Origin: an uncultured cyanobacterium | GTDB taxonomy: Bacteria; Cyanobacteriota; Cyanobacteriia; PCC-9006; JAAUQQ01 | Length of the DNA stretch: 64,000 nt | Direction of reading: 5' to 3' | Assembly: GCA_963718615.1 (NCBI GenBank) | Contig: OY970368.1 | Span: forward strand, 2,144,001 to 2,208,000 | Shown: one piece after another, positions 54,546-64,000 of the stretch | Position numbering within the stretch: position 1 is the stretch's first letter | How the letters are laid out: each line of letters begins with the position of its first letter | Translations under genes and position numbers: made by a program | The notes under the pieces: generated by a model | Told to the model about the DNA's origin: nothing | What the model saw: only the letters and a program-made list of their open reading frames with translations | Databases searched by the model: none

Positions 54546-55490
54546 ATGAGCGAACGTCCCATCATTCTCGGCATCGTGGGTGACAGTGCCGCCGGAAAAA
54601 CCACCCTAACCCGAGGGATTGCCAAGATATTGGGAGAAGAAGATGTGACAGTCATCTGTACCGATGACTACCACCGCTACGATCGCCAACAGCGAGCCGA
54701 GCGCAAAATCTCAGCCCTGCATCCCGACTGTAACTATCTCGATATCATTCAGCAGCATTTGGGTCTCTTGCGCACCGGCCAAGCCGTGCTCAAGCCGATC
54801 TACAACCATTCCACCGGAGGATTTGATCCACCGGAATATATTGAGCCCCGGAAGTTTGTCATCGTCGAGGGGCTCCTGGGCTATTCCACCCGTGCGGCTC
54901 GGGACTTCTACGATGTGAAAACCTATCTGGCCCCACCAGAATCCCTGCGCACGGCTTGGAAAATCAAGCGAGATACGGCCAAGCGGGGCTACACCGAGGA
55001 GCAGGTTCTGGAGCAAATGCGGCTGCGGGAGTCTGATTCCGAGCAGTTTATTCGACCCCAGCGGCAATGGGCTGATATGGTCGTGAGCTTTTGCCCCTCC
55101 AGCGATACTGAGAACCAAAACGATCTCTTGCTGGATGTCAAACTGGTTCTGCGACCGACGATTCCCCATCCCGATTTGATTGCCCTCTTTGAGTCGGACC
55201 AAGGACCGCTGGGCACAACGGTTCGCCTTGGTCTAACACGAGACATGGGTAAGCCCGTGGATCTACTGGAAATTGATGGTCATGCCACGGCAGCACAAGT
55301 GCAGCAGCTAGAGCGGTTGCTGTGCAACGATATCCCCTTCCTCGGACAGTTTTGCAGCCTGGAGGGCAATCAAGACCTGGGTAAAATCGTCGGTACAACG
55401 GGAGAAACGCTGCAAAGTTATCCTTTAGCTTTGACGCAACTATTAATCACGTACCATATGCTCAAGGCAGCGAAGGTTGCCTCCCGCTAG
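54546..55490 (+). CDS. Phosphoribulokinase/uridine kinase family protein (non-canonical PRK paralog)
   Basis: GDSAAGKTT, ICTDDYH, KPIYNH, WKIKRD..RGY. Confidence 0.85.
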   Translation: MSERPIILGIVGDSAAGKTTLTRGIAKILGEEDVTVICTDDYHRYDRQQRAERKISALHPDCNYLDIIQQHLGLLRTGQAVLKPIYNHSTGGFDPPEYIEPRKFVIVEGLLGYSTRAARDFYDVKTYLAPPESLRTAWKIKRDTAKRGYTEEQVLEQMRLRESDSEQFIRPQRQWADMVVSFCPSSDTENQNDLLLDVKLVLRPTIPHPDLIALFESDQGPLGTTVRLGLTRDMGKPVDLLEIDGHATAAQVQQLERLLCNDIPFLGQFCSLEGNQDLGKIVGTTGETLQSYPLALTQLLITYHMLKAAKVASR

Positions 55491-55516
55491 GTCGTATTGA
55501 TGGAAGGATCGCGCCT

Positions 55517-57982
55517 GTGACGTTGAGCAAGCAATGGCAGACGCTGCGTCAGTTTGGCTGGCGATGGCGCGGGGTTTGGCTGACGGTGCCGGTGACCGTT
55601 CTGCTGGTGCTGGGAGGTCGGGGACTAGGGCTGTTGGAAGGGTTGGAACTGGCGGCCTTAGATCAGTTCTTTCTACGGCGTCCGGTGGAGGGGCCTGACG
55701 ATCGCATTGTCCTGGTAACAGTGGATGAAGCCGATATTCAGGCCCTTGGTACTTGGCCCTTGCCCGATGACCGTATGGCTCAGCTCTTGCAAAATTTGCG
55801 GGGGCGATCGCCTTACATCATCGGTCTCGACTTCTACCGCGATGTCCCCGTGCCCCCTGGCACTCTAGCCTTACAGCAGGTGCTCACCGCATCGACCCAG
55901 CAGGATCCCAAAATCATCGGCGTTGAAAAGCTCGTCAGCAGCGCCGATAGCGCCGCTGTTGCCCCCCAGCCGATTTTGCAAGGGGCCAATCAGGTGGGCA
56001 TTAATGATTTCCTTCAGGATCCCGATGGCCGAACTCGCCGGTTTCCGATCTATGCCAGTTTGCCAGGGGCAGACTCGCGCTTTAGCCTCAGCTTTATCTT
56101 GGCCTGCCAGTATCTAGAAAACCGCCTGGGGGGCACCTGTGGCCAAAGCCCAGATCTGCAAGTTCAGCTCGAAGCCCACGGCAGGACGACGCGTCTGCCT
56201 CAAATTCAGCCCAACAGCGGTGGCTATAGCCGGGAAGAGGCTGGGGGCTATCAGATGCTGCTCAACTATCGCGGACCGGCTCGTTTTTCTGGGGCGGCGG
56301 TCCACTGCCGCCGCAATCGCACGCCCCCTTCAGCGCTGCCTCCTCAACCCTTTGCCGCCGTTTGTCTGACCGATGTCCTCGCCAATGATTGGCCTGCGGA
56401 GTTGGATTTGCGCGATCGCATCGTCCTTGTCGGTCCCGTTGCCCAAAGCCTCAATGATCTGTTTTATACCCCCTATAGCGGTACGCTGTTTTCGCCCCCC
56501 CAGCGGATGCCCGGTGTGGTCATCCATGCCAACGCCATCAGCCAATTGCTCTCAGCCGCGCTCCAACGTCGTCCGCTGATTCACACCTTACCCGATGGGG
56601 CAGAACAGCTCTGGATCGGCCTCTGGGGCCTACTGGGAGCGGTCCTCAGTTGGTATCGGGGGTATCTGGGGAGTTCCCTTGATGGGCGACCTAAGGCCCA
56701 ATCCAATCGTCAGCGTTGGGGTCGGTTGGTCTTAGAACTCTCACTGCTTAGCGGTAGTTTAATCCTGTTTTGCTATGGAGCCTTTTTGCTGGGCTGGTGG
56801 GTGCCGCTGGTGCCGCCCCTCTTGGCCTTGGGCGGAACGGCGATCGCCATCAATGCCTACGTTGCCCGCACCGCCACGGAAATCCGCAAAATCTTTGGTC
56901 GCTATGTCACGGACCAAGTGGTCACCACGTTGCTGGAGAGTCCTGAGGGCTTGAAAATTGGAGGCGATCGCCGCAGAATCACAATCCTCACCTCCGATGT
57001 ACGCGGGTTCACCGCCACTGCCGAGCGTCTTTCTCCAGAAAAAGTGGTCCAGGTGCTCAACCTCTATTTGTCAGCCATGACCGATGTGATCGAAGCCTAC
57101 AACGGCACGATTGATGCCTTTATCGGTGACGGTATTTTGGTACTATTTGGTGCCCCCACCGCCGCTGCCGATGACGCAGCCCGTGCCGTCGCCTGTGCCG
57201 TAGCCATGCAGCAGGCCATGCCCCAGGTCAATGCCAAGGTGCAGGCGCTGAATGATGGCATTCCCCTAGAAATGGGTATTGGCATCAACACCGGCGAGGT
57301 GGTTGTGGGCAATATTGGCTCTGAAAAACACACCAAATACAGCGTCATTGGCAAACATGTTAATCTGGCCTATCGCATTGAAGCCTTTACCGTCGGGGGG
57401 CAAATCCTAATTTCAGATTCGACGCGGGATGCGGTGGCGGAGCAGGTGAAACTGGGCGATCGCATCGAAGTCCAGGCCAAAGGGCTACAAACCCCCATCC
57501 CCGTTTACGACGTACTTGGCATTGGGGCTCCCTTTAATTTAACGCTCCCCCAGCTCTTGGAAGAATGGGTGACGCTGGTATCCCCGATGCCTGTGGAATA
57601 TGTCGTTTTAGAAGGCAAGCAAATCCATGCAGCAGCGCAGCTTGGCCAACTGGTTAGGCTGTCCGAGAACAGTGCTGAATTGCGTTTGCCCACTGACGCA
57701 GAGCCACTGGGTCGGTTGAGCAATCTAAAACTGAATCTCCACAGGGCAGAATCGGTCAAGACCACTCAGGCGACGCTAGAGCATCCGACCCCAGACCTGT
57801 ACACCGAAGACCTCTATGCCAAGGTTGTCGGGGAGTCGAGTGAGGCTATTTCTTCAGATCATGCACCTTGCTTGATCATCCGGTTCACAGCTCGTAGCCC
57901 CTTGGCCCAGCAGTGGATGGAGCATCAGAGATTGCAAGCCATAGAATTGCAGGCCATGGCCTTACAGGCTATGGAATTATAG
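55517..57982 (+). CDS. CHASE2 class III nucleotide cyclase
   Basis: TM-CHASE2-TMs, SDVRGFT, FIGDG, GEVVVGNIG, VNLAYRIE. Confidence 0.9.
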   Translation: MTLSKQWQTLRQFGWRWRGVWLTVPVTVLLVLGGRGLGLLEGLELAALDQFFLRRPVEGPDDRIVLVTVDEADIQALGTWPLPDDRMAQLLQNLRGRSPYIIGLDFYRDVPVPPGTLALQQVLTASTQQDPKIIGVEKLVSSADSAAVAPQPILQGANQVGINDFLQDPDGRTRRFPIYASLPGADSRFSLSFILACQYLENRLGGTCGQSPDLQVQLEAHGRTTRLPQIQPNSGGYSREEAGGYQMLLNYRGPARFSGAAVHCRRNRTPPSALPPQPFAAVCLTDVLANDWPAELDLRDRIVLVGPVAQSLNDLFYTPYSGTLFSPPQRMPGVVIHANAISQLLSAALQRRPLIHTLPDGAEQLWIGLWGLLGAVLSWYRGYLGSSLDGRPKAQSNRQRWGRLVLELSLLSGSLILFCYGAFLLGWWVPLVPPLLALGGTAIAINAYVARTATEIRKIFGRYVTDQVVTTLLESPEGLKIGGDRRRITILTSDVRGFTATAERLSPEKVVQVLNLYLSAMTDVIEAYNGTIDAFIGDGILVLFGAPTAAADDAARAVACAVAMQQAMPQVNAKVQALNDGIPLEMGIGINTGEVVVGNIGSEKHTKYSVIGKHVNLAYRIEAFTVGGQILISDSTRDAVAEQVKLGDRIEVQAKGLQTPIPVYDVLGIGAPFNLTLPQLLEEWVTLVSPMPVEYVVLEGKQIHAAAQLGQLVRLSENSAELRLPTDAEPLGRLSNLKLNLHRAESVKTTQATLEHPTPDLYTEDLYAKVVGESSEAISSDHAPCLIIRFTARSPLAQQWMEHQRLQAIELQAMALQAMEL

Positions 57983-57994
57983 GCCATGGAATTT
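57935..57994 (+). repeat. 15-bp imperfect tandem repeat x4 spanning the cyclase stop
   Basis: CAAGCCATAGAATTG / CAGGCCATGGCCTTA / CAGGCTATGGAATTA / TAGGCCATGGAATTT. Confidence 0.7.
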
Positions 57995-58063
57995 CAGGAG
58001 TTTGGCTAACAGATGCCGCAACAACAGGGAGTTAATGTCCCAAGGGCGTTCATTGCCCACGAC

Positions 58064-58876
58064 CTAAAATTCTGGAATTTCTATGACATTCACCGACACC
58101 AGCGGCGCGGCGGCAAAGCCCCCCAATCCCACGGAGTCCAGCAATTGCAACCAGCCTTGGAACGCCGGTTCATTCTGGGTCGTGGTCTGACGCAGTTCAA
58201 TCAACGCCATGAGTGCGTCTTGCCAAATCCCTGCTTCTGCAAAGAGCTGGGCTCGCTGGGCCAGGGTTGCCCCTGTGAGCTGGGTCAGCAGCGCAGATGG
58301 AGTGGCCTGACGCTCGATCCAACCGGATAGATGCTGTTGACTATCCAACGACGTGACATCGCAATTGAAACTTAAGAACCATTGATATCGGTGGCCGGGT
58401 TGCAACGCGGGCACATTTGCAGGCAGCGTCACCTGCATAATGCCAGGGGTTTCTGGTAGGTCCACCGTCGCCTCGTAGGCAATTTGTTGACCCATAGGCC
58501 CATGGTCAATTAGCAAAAAGTCTGCATTTTCACCAGCGGTTTGAGGTAACACATGCCAAAAGAAGGCTGGGTGCTCCTGCAGCGTCAAGCTGAAATATTG
58601 CGACTTTTGGGGGTTGTCCAGCGCTTTGGCCTGGGGAGCCAAGGGTGTGATGACCGTTTTATTACGGAGCATTTCGCAGGATTCGGCACCACGGCTTGCT
58701 CCAGCAGTGGTTGTGGAGGGTGCACCGGAGTTCCGAGGGGGCGTAAAGGATTGGGCCAGGGCGATCGCAGGCGAACCCAAGGGTGCAACACAGCTAGAGG
58801 CGATGAGAAAGCCTGAGCAGAAGCGTTGAGCGATCGAGCGGGGGGATTTCCAAATGGGGGGATAGCTACTATTCAT
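58064..58876 (-). CDS. DUF928 domain protein (third copy)
   Basis: Signal peptide, AGASRG, TLQEHPAFFW, RYQWF, SGWIER, GIWQDAL. Confidence 0.85.
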   Translation of the reverse strand: MNSSYPPIWKSPRSIAQRFCSGFLIASSCVAPLGSPAIALAQSFTPPRNSGAPSTTTAGASRGAESCEMLRNKTVITPLAPQAKALDNPQKSQYFSLTLQEHPAFFWHVLPQTAGENADFLLIDHGPMGQQIAYEATVDLPETPGIMQVTLPANVPALQPGHRYQWFLSFNCDVTSLDSQQHLSGWIERQATPSALLTQLTGATLAQRAQLFAEAGIWQDALMALIELRQTTTQNEPAFQGWLQLLDSVGLGGFAAAPLVSVNVIEIPEF

Positions 58877-59028
58877 CGTCGTGAGCCCTTCGCAATAGGG
58901 GGGCGAATCTCTTGCCAGTCTATCTTTCCGCCCCTGAAATACGCTCGTAATATAAGTCACTCACGATTAAAATTTTTCTAACTGTAAAGAGTCCATAAAT
59001 AGGGAAACATCCAGAGCAACAAATAAGT

Positions 59029-59072
59029 GAACCCGCAGGGTTAAGCCACTGTATTGCGGCCCCTGCGGGTTC
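59029..59072. terminator. Strong hairpin downstream of ilvE
   Basis: GAACCCGCAGGG-N20-CCCTGCGGGTTC. Confidence 0.5.
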
Positions 59073-59212
59073 TTAAGACTTTCATTATAGTTTGGTCGGT
59101 ATATTCTGTATTTTGGCTACAGTTTAGCTTAAGTGACTTCAGAAAATTTTCTGAGTTTTGGCTTCACCTTCGCCAAATTTTTAAAAGAACCAACGAATCC
59201 TACACAATTTCT

Positions 59213-60127
59213 TCACGCTAGCTCGATCCGATGGACCCAGTCTTTGAATTCGGGATAGCGATCTTCGGTAATGGCCGTCAGCGTATCTTTAAGGTGGTGG
59301 GTAATGGGGCGATCGCCAGGTAACCCATAGTTCTCAATCCGCTGCACCGGCGTCACCTTCGCCGCTGTCCCACAAAGAAATACCTCATCCGCAATCATGA
59401 GCTCCGTCTTATCAATGGGACGCTCAATGACCTTATAGCCCAAATGACGGGCCACCTGGATGATACTGTCGCGGGTAATCCCTTCGAGAATGTCTTGCTC
59501 AACGCCAGGGGTAAAGATCTCGCCATTGCGGACCATAAAAATATTCATCCCTGTGGCCTCGCAGACTTTGCCTTGGCTATTGAGCAAAATCGCTTCGTCA
59601 AAGCCAGAGTCGACCGCCTCGGTCTTGGCGAGAGAAGAGGTAATGTAAGCACCGCTAATTTTGCCCCGGAGCGGGAAGCTGCGGTCCTCTTGACGATACC
59701 AGGAGCTAATGCGGCAGCTCACGCCATCGGCGGCGAGATAATCACCTAGCTCTAGGCCATAGATGAAGAAATCCTTCTCGATTTTGTGGAGCCGGGGGGC
59801 AATGCCGAGGTCAGAGGTATAGACAAAGGGCCGAATATAAAACGACTGGTGCGGACTATTTTTTTGAACAAAATCCGTGATCAGGGCTTGGATTTTGTCC
59901 GCTGGCAGATCAAACTGAAGATAGCGGGCGCTATTGCTGAGGCGCTGACAGTGGCGATCGAGGCGAAAGAGCAAAATCTGAGACGGATTCTCGGGATGGG
60001 GAATCCCCCGCAGGCCCCCAAACGCCCCCGTGCCATAGTGCAGGGCATGGGTCGCAATGGAAAGGTTAGCATCGGCAAAGGGAACGAAGCGGCCTTGAAA
60101 ATAGGCAGTAGGCAAGAAATTATGCAT
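59213..60127 (-). CDS. ilvE: Branched-chain amino acid aminotransferase
   Basis: HALHYG, YIRP, GKISGAY, LEGITR, GTAA. Confidence 0.93.
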   Translation of the reverse strand: MHNFLPTAYFQGRFVPFADANLSIATHALHYGTGAFGGLRGIPHPENPSQILLFRLDRHCQRLSNSARYLQFDLPADKIQALITDFVQKNSPHQSFYIRPFVYTSDLGIAPRLHKIEKDFFIYGLELGDYLAADGVSCRISSWYRQEDRSFPLRGKISGAYITSSLAKTEAVDSGFDEAILLNSQGKVCEATGMNIFMVRNGEIFTPGVEQDILEGITRDSIIQVARHLGYKVIERPIDKTELMIADEVFLCGTAAKVTPVQRIENYGLPGDRPITHHLKDTLTAITEDRYPEFKDWVHRIELA

Positions 60128-60238
60128 AGTTATTGGGTTGAGCGGCGGTCACAGCCTCGAATAAATCCACTGTTCCCCATTGTCGCATTTTCATCCCAGC
60201 ATCTTAAAAATCACCCCATCCATCACCCCATCACCCCA

Positions 60239-60556
60239 TCAAGACTCAATCTCCGCCCGCATCCGTTCCAGGGTCTGATTCATCTGCTCAAACATCTGCT
60301 GCGGCGTCATGCCAAACTGCCCCAACTGGGTTTTGAGCTGCTCTACCGTCATCTGAGCCATAAAATCTTCCGAGAGCTCAAACCGCTTCATAAAGATCTG
60401 GTAGCGCTCCATCAAGCCTTCCATCTGCTCAATGAATAGCTTCTTACCTTCTCGGTCAAACTTGCCGTAGCGGCTGCCAATCTCCATGAGGGACTGATAG
60501 TCTTCAAATAGCTTTTTGGCTTCCTGCTGAACAATCTCAGAGTCAAAAAATCCCAT
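60239..60556 (-). CDS. DUF1825 family protein
   Basis: MGFFDSEIVQQEAK...FMKRFELSEDF. Confidence 0.85.
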   Translation of the reverse strand: MGFFDSEIVQQEAKKLFEDYQSLMEIGSRYGKFDREGKKLFIEQMEGLMERYQIFMKRFELSEDFMAQMTVEQLKTQLGQFGMTPQQMFEQMNQTLERMRAEIES

Positions 60557-60854
60557 GGCAGTGGTTCTTCTCCGCACCTTGCCCCGATTTTGGAGCGACT
60601 GGTTGGTTGTTTCTCGAACAAAAACCGAACTGTTCGATACTCTTTATTGTAGGTCAGTGACCTAGGGGCCTCAATTGCAAATCCGTCCTCCCCATGGACG
60701 GGTATCCGAACCCAGGGCCGAGAGGTCATGCATTTTAGATCGGCTGGAGAGAATATTGGGGCAAGGATGGAGATTGGATGGCAACTCTGGCCCAACTTGA
60801 CTAAGATTGAGGGCAATTGTTGCGGGTCATCTGCCAGAGCGAGGGGAAGAGGGA

Positions 60855-61310
60855 TTGAAAAGTCGTAAGTTAGCTGCGGCCTTGGCATTGCTGGGGGTTG
60901 TGACGCTACCGGGGATCCATCGGTTCTATTTGGGGCAGCCTCGGTGGGCGATCGCCTACATGTTGCTGGCCTGGAAAACACCCATTTCCCGCATTGCCAG
61001 CGCCATCGAAGCCCTTTGGTATTTGTTTTTAGACGAAGAGGAGTTCGATCGCAATTTCAATGGTCTAGAACCCTGTGGGGAGTCCTATGGAGTTAAAGCA
61101 GCGCAGGGCCAATCTGGGCTAGGCATGCAGACGATCCCTCATCTATGGCGGCAGGTGACCCATCGGCAGCCTGCTGCGACGATCGCACCGGAAACCGTGG
61201 GGGCGATCGCCGAGGCCCTGCGGCAATTGGAAAACCTGCGCCAAGATGGGCTGATCACCGATGCGGAGTTTGAGCAGAAGCGACGGAAACTCTTGGCTCA
61301 AATAGATTAG
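60855..61310 (+). CDS. TM2/NINE + SHOCT domain protein
   Basis: GIHRFYLGQ; C-terminal LRQDGLITDAEFEQKRRKLL. Confidence 0.82.
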   Translation: MKSRKLAAALALLGVVTLPGIHRFYLGQPRWAIAYMLLAWKTPISRIASAIEALWYLFLDEEEFDRNFNGLEPCGESYGVKAAQGQSGLGMQTIPHLWRQVTHRQPAATIAPETVGAIAEALRQLENLRQDGLITDAEFEQKRRKLLAQID

Positions 61311-61336
61311 ACCTGAGGACTCTTGACCGAAAAACC

Positions 61337-61933
61337 ATGGCAATACGGCGGTGGCTAACCACCTGGATTGAACAATCAAGGGTGTATGAATCCTTCGGAC
61401 CGCTGGGCACAACGGTACAGCAGAAGGCGTTGTTGGAAAAACTACGCTATCGCCTTCAGCAGGATCCTGCTTGTCGTCTGGAGACCTTGACAGAGGTGTC
61501 GATGGCGGCGGCGTTGGGGGTGCAGATCGATGTCAATCGGGCGGGGGTGGAAGATTGGCTGCGGTTGCCGGGGGTTTCGATTCACCAGGCAAGGTTGCTC
61601 CATGGGTTGGCCCAATCGGGTGTGCAGTTTCATGGCCTAGAGGATCTGGCTGCTGCGCTGGGTGTTTCGGAGAATCAGCTTCAGGGGTTTCTACCGATTT
61701 TACAGTTTTGTTATTACGATCCAGAGTTGTTTTTGCAACCCAAGTTGGTTGATCCGAATACCGCGAGTCTGGAGCAGTTGCGGGCCATTCCGGGGCTGAC
61801 GCCGTCTTGCGCTTTGGCGATCGTCCAGGCCAGACATCGGGGAGCACCGTTTCGGGATTTGGCTGATTTTCAGCGGCGGTTGCAGCTCCCGACGGCGATG
61901 TTGGAGGAACTCATGCATTACCTGAGGTTTTGA
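61337..61933 (+). CDS. ComEA-like helix-hairpin-helix protein
   Basis: IDVNRA..LPG and DPNTAS.EQL..IPG. Confidence 0.85.
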   Translation: MAIRRWLTTWIEQSRVYESFGPLGTTVQQKALLEKLRYRLQQDPACRLETLTEVSMAAALGVQIDVNRAGVEDWLRLPGVSIHQARLLHGLAQSGVQFHGLEDLAAALGVSENQLQGFLPILQFCYYDPELFLQPKLVDPNTASLEQLRAIPGLTPSCALAIVQARHRGAPFRDLADFQRRLQLPTAMLEELMHYLRF

Positions 61934-62068
61934 GCAGACCCAAATCATCGCATTTTTACGTGAGCGTCTCGTCTAGGACTGCGGTAGCCTATAAGTCTAG
62001 CGATCGCCCACCTGCGGTCTTAGTTTCGAGCGACCCTTGTCATTTCCTGCGCATCTCGCATCTACCCT

Positions 62069-63112
62069 ATGTTTCAGCTTGCGATCGTCGTGTTGATCGT
62101 GATTGTCGGTTCAGCCTTCTGTTCCTGTACCGAGACCGCGATCCTGTCGGTCTCTCTGATCCGGTCCCGTCAACTCGCCCAGTCTCGCAAGCCTGCTGCG
62201 ATCGCGCTTCACAATATCCGGGAAAAGATTAACCGACCGATCGCCACAATCGTCATCTTAAATAATGTCTTCAACATTGTAGGCAGTATCATTATTGGCC
62301 GCCTCGCCACGGATGTCTTTGGCGATGCAATGCTGGGGATTTTTTCTGGCGTTCTCACCTTTTTGATTATTGTGTTTGGCGAAATCCTGCCCAAGACCCT
62401 CGGTGAACGCTATAGCGAGGCCATTGGCTTAGTCGTGGCGATTCCCGTCACTGGCCTGACGTGGCTCTTGACGCCCCTGGCCTGGCTGCTCGAAGTCGTC
62501 ACGGCTCCGCTAGTCAAGGGCACCAAAGGACCCACCACCAATGAAGCAGAAATTAAGTTGCTGGCTCGAATTGGCTATCAGGAGGGCATCATCGAAGACG
62601 ATGAAGCCGACATGATTCAGCGGGTGTTTCGGCTCAATGATGTGACCGCAGCGGATTTGATGACCCCTCGGGTGGCGTTGACCTATCTCTATGGCGACGA
62701 AACCCTGGCGGATGTGAAGGATGACATTTTGAATTCCCAACACAGTCGGATCGTGGTGGTGAATGACTCGGTGGATCGGGTAACGGGGGTGGTGTTGCGC
62801 TCGGAATTGCTCAAGGCGATGATCGATGGGCGCTACGAGGCCACGGTAGAAAGTTTGACCCGTCCAGTGCAGTTTGTTCCAGAGGTGCAGCGGGCCGATC
62901 GCCTGATCAAAACCTTTCGGGAGTCCCGCGAGCATTTGGTGGTGGTTTTGGATGAATATGGCGGGGTGTCAGGGGTCGTTACCTTGGAAGATGTCTTAGA
63001 AGAGTTGATTGGTGAAATCGTCGATGAAACCGATCGCAATGTTGATTTACAAGCCCTTGCCCGCCTGCGGCGTCGCCGTCTCCTGCGTCAGCACCGAGTC
63101 CAGGAGAGCTAA
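62069..63112 (+). CDS. CNNM/DUF21 + CBS hemolysin-family protein
   Basis: FGEILPK, MTPR, DEYGGVSGVVTLEDVLEE. Confidence 0.92.
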   Translation: MFQLAIVVLIVIVGSAFCSCTETAILSVSLIRSRQLAQSRKPAAIALHNIREKINRPIATIVILNNVFNIVGSIIIGRLATDVFGDAMLGIFSGVLTFLIIVFGEILPKTLGERYSEAIGLVVAIPVTGLTWLLTPLAWLLEVVTAPLVKGTKGPTTNEAEIKLLARIGYQEGIIEDDEADMIQRVFRLNDVTAADLMTPRVALTYLYGDETLADVKDDILNSQHSRIVVVNDSVDRVTGVVLRSELLKAMIDGRYEATVESLTRPVQFVPEVQRADRLIKTFRESREHLVVVLDEYGGVSGVVTLEDVLEELIGEIVDETDRNVDLQALARLRRRRLLRQHRVQES

Positions 63113-63225
63113 TCGGGGATCACAAAATGTGTTTAGATTTGCGTTTAGGTTAATGAACCAGATGTGCGACGGACCGATCCATCTGCTAGTTGTTAAGTAA
63201 AGAGCGATCGCAGAGGCGAATCCGA

Positions 63226-63876
63226 ATGGCCCCAAAAACGATGAAAAAAATGAAGACCGCCAAGAAGGATAGCAAAGAAAAAGTGACCAAGGACAAGATT
63301 GATTCGACCAAAACCGATTCGAGCAAAGCTGATTCGAGCAAAATAGAGGATAGCAAATCCATGACTGCAACTTCCGCCTCAGCAACAACGTCAAACAGTA
63401 ATCGCATGCCGGTCAATATTGGGATCAAAGATGCCGATCGGCAGGCGATCGCCGCAGGGCTGTCCCACCTCTTGGCCGATACCTACACCCTCTATCTCAA
63501 AACCCATAATTTCCATTGGAATGTCACGGGTCCGATGTTTCAAACCCTACATTTGCTGTTTGAAACCCAGTACACCGAGCTGGCCCTGGCTGTGGACTTG
63601 ATCGCAGAACGGATTCGCGCCCTCGGCTACCCCGCACCGGGTACCTATGCAGAATATGTCGAGCTGAGCTCGATTCCCGAAACCATGGGGGTTCCCAAGG
63701 CCACTGAAATGATTAAACTCTTGGTGGAAGGGCAGGAGGCCGTAGTGCGGACGGCGCGGACACTTTTTCCGGCGGTAGATAAGGCTGCCGATGAACCGAC
63801 GGCGGATTTGCTGACCCAGCGGATGCAGCTCCATGAGAAAAATGCTTGGATGCTGCGGAGTTTGTTAGAAGAATAG
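63226..63876 (+). CDS. dps: Dps family protein, possibly with Lys-rich N-terminal extension
   Basis: HNFHWNVTG, LHLLFE, DLIAERIR, HEKNAWML; start uncertain (63226, 63361 or 63406). Confidence 0.9.
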   Translation: MAPKTMKKMKTAKKDSKEKVTKDKIDSTKTDSSKADSSKIEDSKSMTATSASATTSNSNRMPVNIGIKDADRQAIAAGLSHLLADTYTLYLKTHNFHWNVTGPMFQTLHLLFETQYTELALAVDLIAERIRALGYPAPGTYAEYVELSSIPETMGVPKATEMIKLLVEGQEAVVRTARTLFPAVDKAADEPTADLLTQRMQLHEKNAWMLRSLLEE

Positions 63877-64000
63877 GGAAAATACAAGCCTGACCCGTTC
63901 CAGGACGGTGTGATTGAGCCATGTCTGATTGGGGATCTGACCCTTTGCCATCCAGTCTAGAGATTACCGAGCGGTTGCGATCGCACATGCAATCTTCGCA

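Noticed and set aside
59107-59121. NtcA-like site TGTA...TACA
   Set aside because: Spacing is GTA-N7-TAC, not N8

Overview
64 kb of cyanobacterial DNA, judged by the many HIP1 (GCGATCGC) sites and cyanobacterial gene families. In order: an FtsX-type ABC permease and a His-rich COG0523 metallochaperone behind a Zur-like box; an RcaE/RcaF/RcaC-type green/red cyanobacteriochrome phosphorelay; tocopherol cyclase; an RND efflux pair; a 14-kb sigma-70/DUF1822/CHAT-CHASE2/DUF928x2/TPR-CHAT/TpsB/TpsA cluster; housekeeping genes; and a defence island (~37.5-53.4 kb). The island holds Uma2, DUF29, VapC and cas2 remnants, a TM + REC-like candidate effector, and a type III-B variant operon (HD-less Cas10 with GGDD, Cmr3/4/5, Cmr6-Cmr1 fusion, no cas1 or cas6 in the window). 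It continues with a 52-repeat CRISPR array whose last spacer is interrupted by a 103-bp MITE, then a metal-binding protein/DUF6745 pair and a VWA protein. After the island come uppS, a non-canonical PRK paralog, a CHASE2 cyclase with atypical specificity residues, a third DUF928, ilvE, ComEA-like, CNNM and Dps genes. Best novelty candidates are the type III membrane effector, the CHAT/CHASE2/DUF928/sigma signalling cluster and the post-array gene module. All family calls come from recognising motifs by eye, not from database searches.
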